Positions 62,181 through 64,000 of a stretch of DNA of 64,000 bases are shown one piece after another. The notes under the pieces are model-generated. The model worked only from the letters and a program-made list of their open reading frames with translations. It had not been told where the DNA came from and ran no database searches. Origin of the DNA: Psammoneis japonica (taxonomy: Eukaryota). The stretch is from contig QPGO01000076.1 in assembly GCA_008632985.1 (NCBI GenBank), forward strand, positions 62,001 to 126,000, written 5' to 3'. Both the position numbers and the translations under genes were made by a program. How positions within the stretch are numbered: position 1 is the stretch's first letter; every line of letters starts with the position of its first letter.

Positions 62181-63356
62181 GGTTGATGTGATGCCAGTCT
62201 TGGTGTTGTATCACGGTGGTGTACCTAGGATGTCTATGAATCTTAAAAATCTCAACTTGATGTCACGAGCTGTTTAGCCCCCCGACTGAAGGTCGGGTGT
62301 CCTCGATAGCTCTGATTAGTTGTCATTTCTCGGCTCTAGATAGTACTTCTATTTGATTATCCTGTGGCTACCTCCCTTTTCTTGTGCCGTCACAGCATCA
62401 CAAAGACGTACCAGTTGGTCGTGCCTTGTCTCAATGCGAAATCTACTTCCATCGTTCGATTATTGAAAGAGCATATCAAGTTGTAGCTTTAGAATACACA
62501 CATTAAGTTCTCTCCTTCTCCAACAGATATTGCGGCAAATAGAGAGACTTCGCGATCGCTTTCTGGAGAGTTTGAAAGTACAGGAGCCTACGCGGTACCG
62601 TTGCATTCCAGAAGCGAACGAGAAGTCGGTCGATCCGTGCGCGAGTGAATGAGTCATCGGACTATAATTATTTTACCGGTAATAAAGAAACGGTACCTTA
62701 TGTATTTTATTATGAAAGATGACTATGACGTCATACACATTTTTATTTATGGGCAGTTACAAGATCAACGCGTCACGCCACGTGGTTGCTACGACCGTTG
62801 TACTTGCACGTAGAATCCTACGTCTTTCTTCGTACTTGTCTAAGCAACGATCCTTGGCATAATTTCATCGCGAAAAAGCCTCTCCGATCCTTCAAAACAG
62901 CAGGTTTCACCTGTGAAGCATCATAGTTGGCGATAATCGGTCCTCAAGCTCGTACAAAGCCTTTGATTCATCCATTGAGTGGTATACTTGCATCTGTGAT
63001 CAAGCGAGAAAGAAAAAGCTCCATTCGTACTCGAGATCCTCCGATTGATAGGGTTCCGATTTTTCGGGTTCGATCGATCTCTGCAGTTCCTCTGTAGAAG
63101 CTGTACTGGATTTCACGTAGAACTTTGCCACACAAAAAATCATCAACATCTCTTCTGAGATTTCCTCCTCCATAACTCTCTTTTGGAAGCACAGAACAGC
63201 CATCAACCACTGTCCAACGTTAATACGTGCATTTGAGTTGCTGTACCTTGGATCTAAGGTCGATTGGTCACCGTTGGGTACCTTTCCGAGACAGTCGTTT
63301 TTGCTCACAAAGTTGGAACAATTTTTTTCGACGTAGAAAGGTTACCAGGCCTACGA

Positions 63357-64000
63357 ATGATGTCTGCCAAGTCGCCAACTTCCGCTCCTAACAAGGAGAC
63401 AAGCAAAGATAAGAAGAGTATGGATCGAAACACACCAAAAAAGACCATTGAACCAAAGAAGACCACTGACAACTCGAATCCTCAACAGGGAACAGGGAAC
63501 TATAACAAGAGTCACAAATCCAGTGGCACGACAGAAAAAGCTAGCAAGGGGGGCGATCAGTCCAAAGAAAGACTTCCTCCAAACAAGAAGGACTCTCGTA
63601 AACTCTTCGTTGGTGGACTACCAATGAATGGTAAGCTCTGATAGTCTTTTCAATAGCTTGTTTGTAGCATACACGATTCTTCTAACCACATTTCTGTTTG
63701 CCTCTGAATCGTGCAGTAACCGAAGAGGAGTTTCGAGAGTGCTTTGAACAGTATGGCACTTTGGTGGACTCTGTAGTTATGTTTGATCGAGACACACGTC
63801 GTTCACGGGGTTTCGGCTTTGTTACGTTCGAGGATCCTGCTGTTTGCAACAGTCTATTAAATACTATTGAGAACGGCAAGCACGTTGGAAGAGTGACCAT
63901 GAGCGGCAAGGTCTGTGAGTTAAAACCAGCCGAGCCGCGGGAGTGGGCTCCTCCTGCGGCACGCCATCGCAATCGAAACAAGCACAGTGCGAGTAACCGA
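63357..64000 (+). CDS. RRM RNA-binding protein (Musashi/hnRNP A1-like), truncated by window end
   Basis: RNP2 KLFVGGL and RNP1 RGFGFVTF. GT-AG intron at 63631-63716. Confidence 0.9.

Noticed and set aside
62870..63308. Minus-strand gene head-to-head with the RRM gene
   Set aside because: Short non-ATG ORFs, broken frames and no recognisable domain, so it cannot be supported.

Overview
Eukaryotic DNA, most likely from a diatom. This is inferred from short GT-AG introns, RXL-containing secreted proteins and diatom-type retroelements. Gene-dense islands alternate with blocks of decayed transposons. The islands hold oligopeptidase B plus a pseudogenised duplicate, an ankyrin+AAA ATPase, a large modular secreted protein, a WBP11-GYF protein, a Lys/Tyr-rich silaffin-like protein, an M11 metalloprotease, a D-2-hydroxyacid dehydrogenase, an ABC-class ATPase and an RRM protein. 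The dominant signal is that six sharply bounded blocks (about 1-8.3, 12.5-13.9, 33.2-37.9, 42.0-43.6, 45.2-51.9 and 55.6-59.7 kb) are almost free of the dinucleotide TpA. Paralog comparisons and conserved-motif reconstruction point to directional TpA->TpG/CpA change, meaning A->G on either strand, apparently favouring T-A-Y. The clearest case is a Gypsy element with identical 162-bp LTRs. Its pol ORF is open, but nearly every conserved Tyr has become Cys or His while CpG is still abundant. This looks like a repeat-targeted adenine hypermutation, the mirror image of fungal RIP. I am not aware of a description of it but could not search the literature. Many host genes carry single-base frameshifts that are probably assembly errors.
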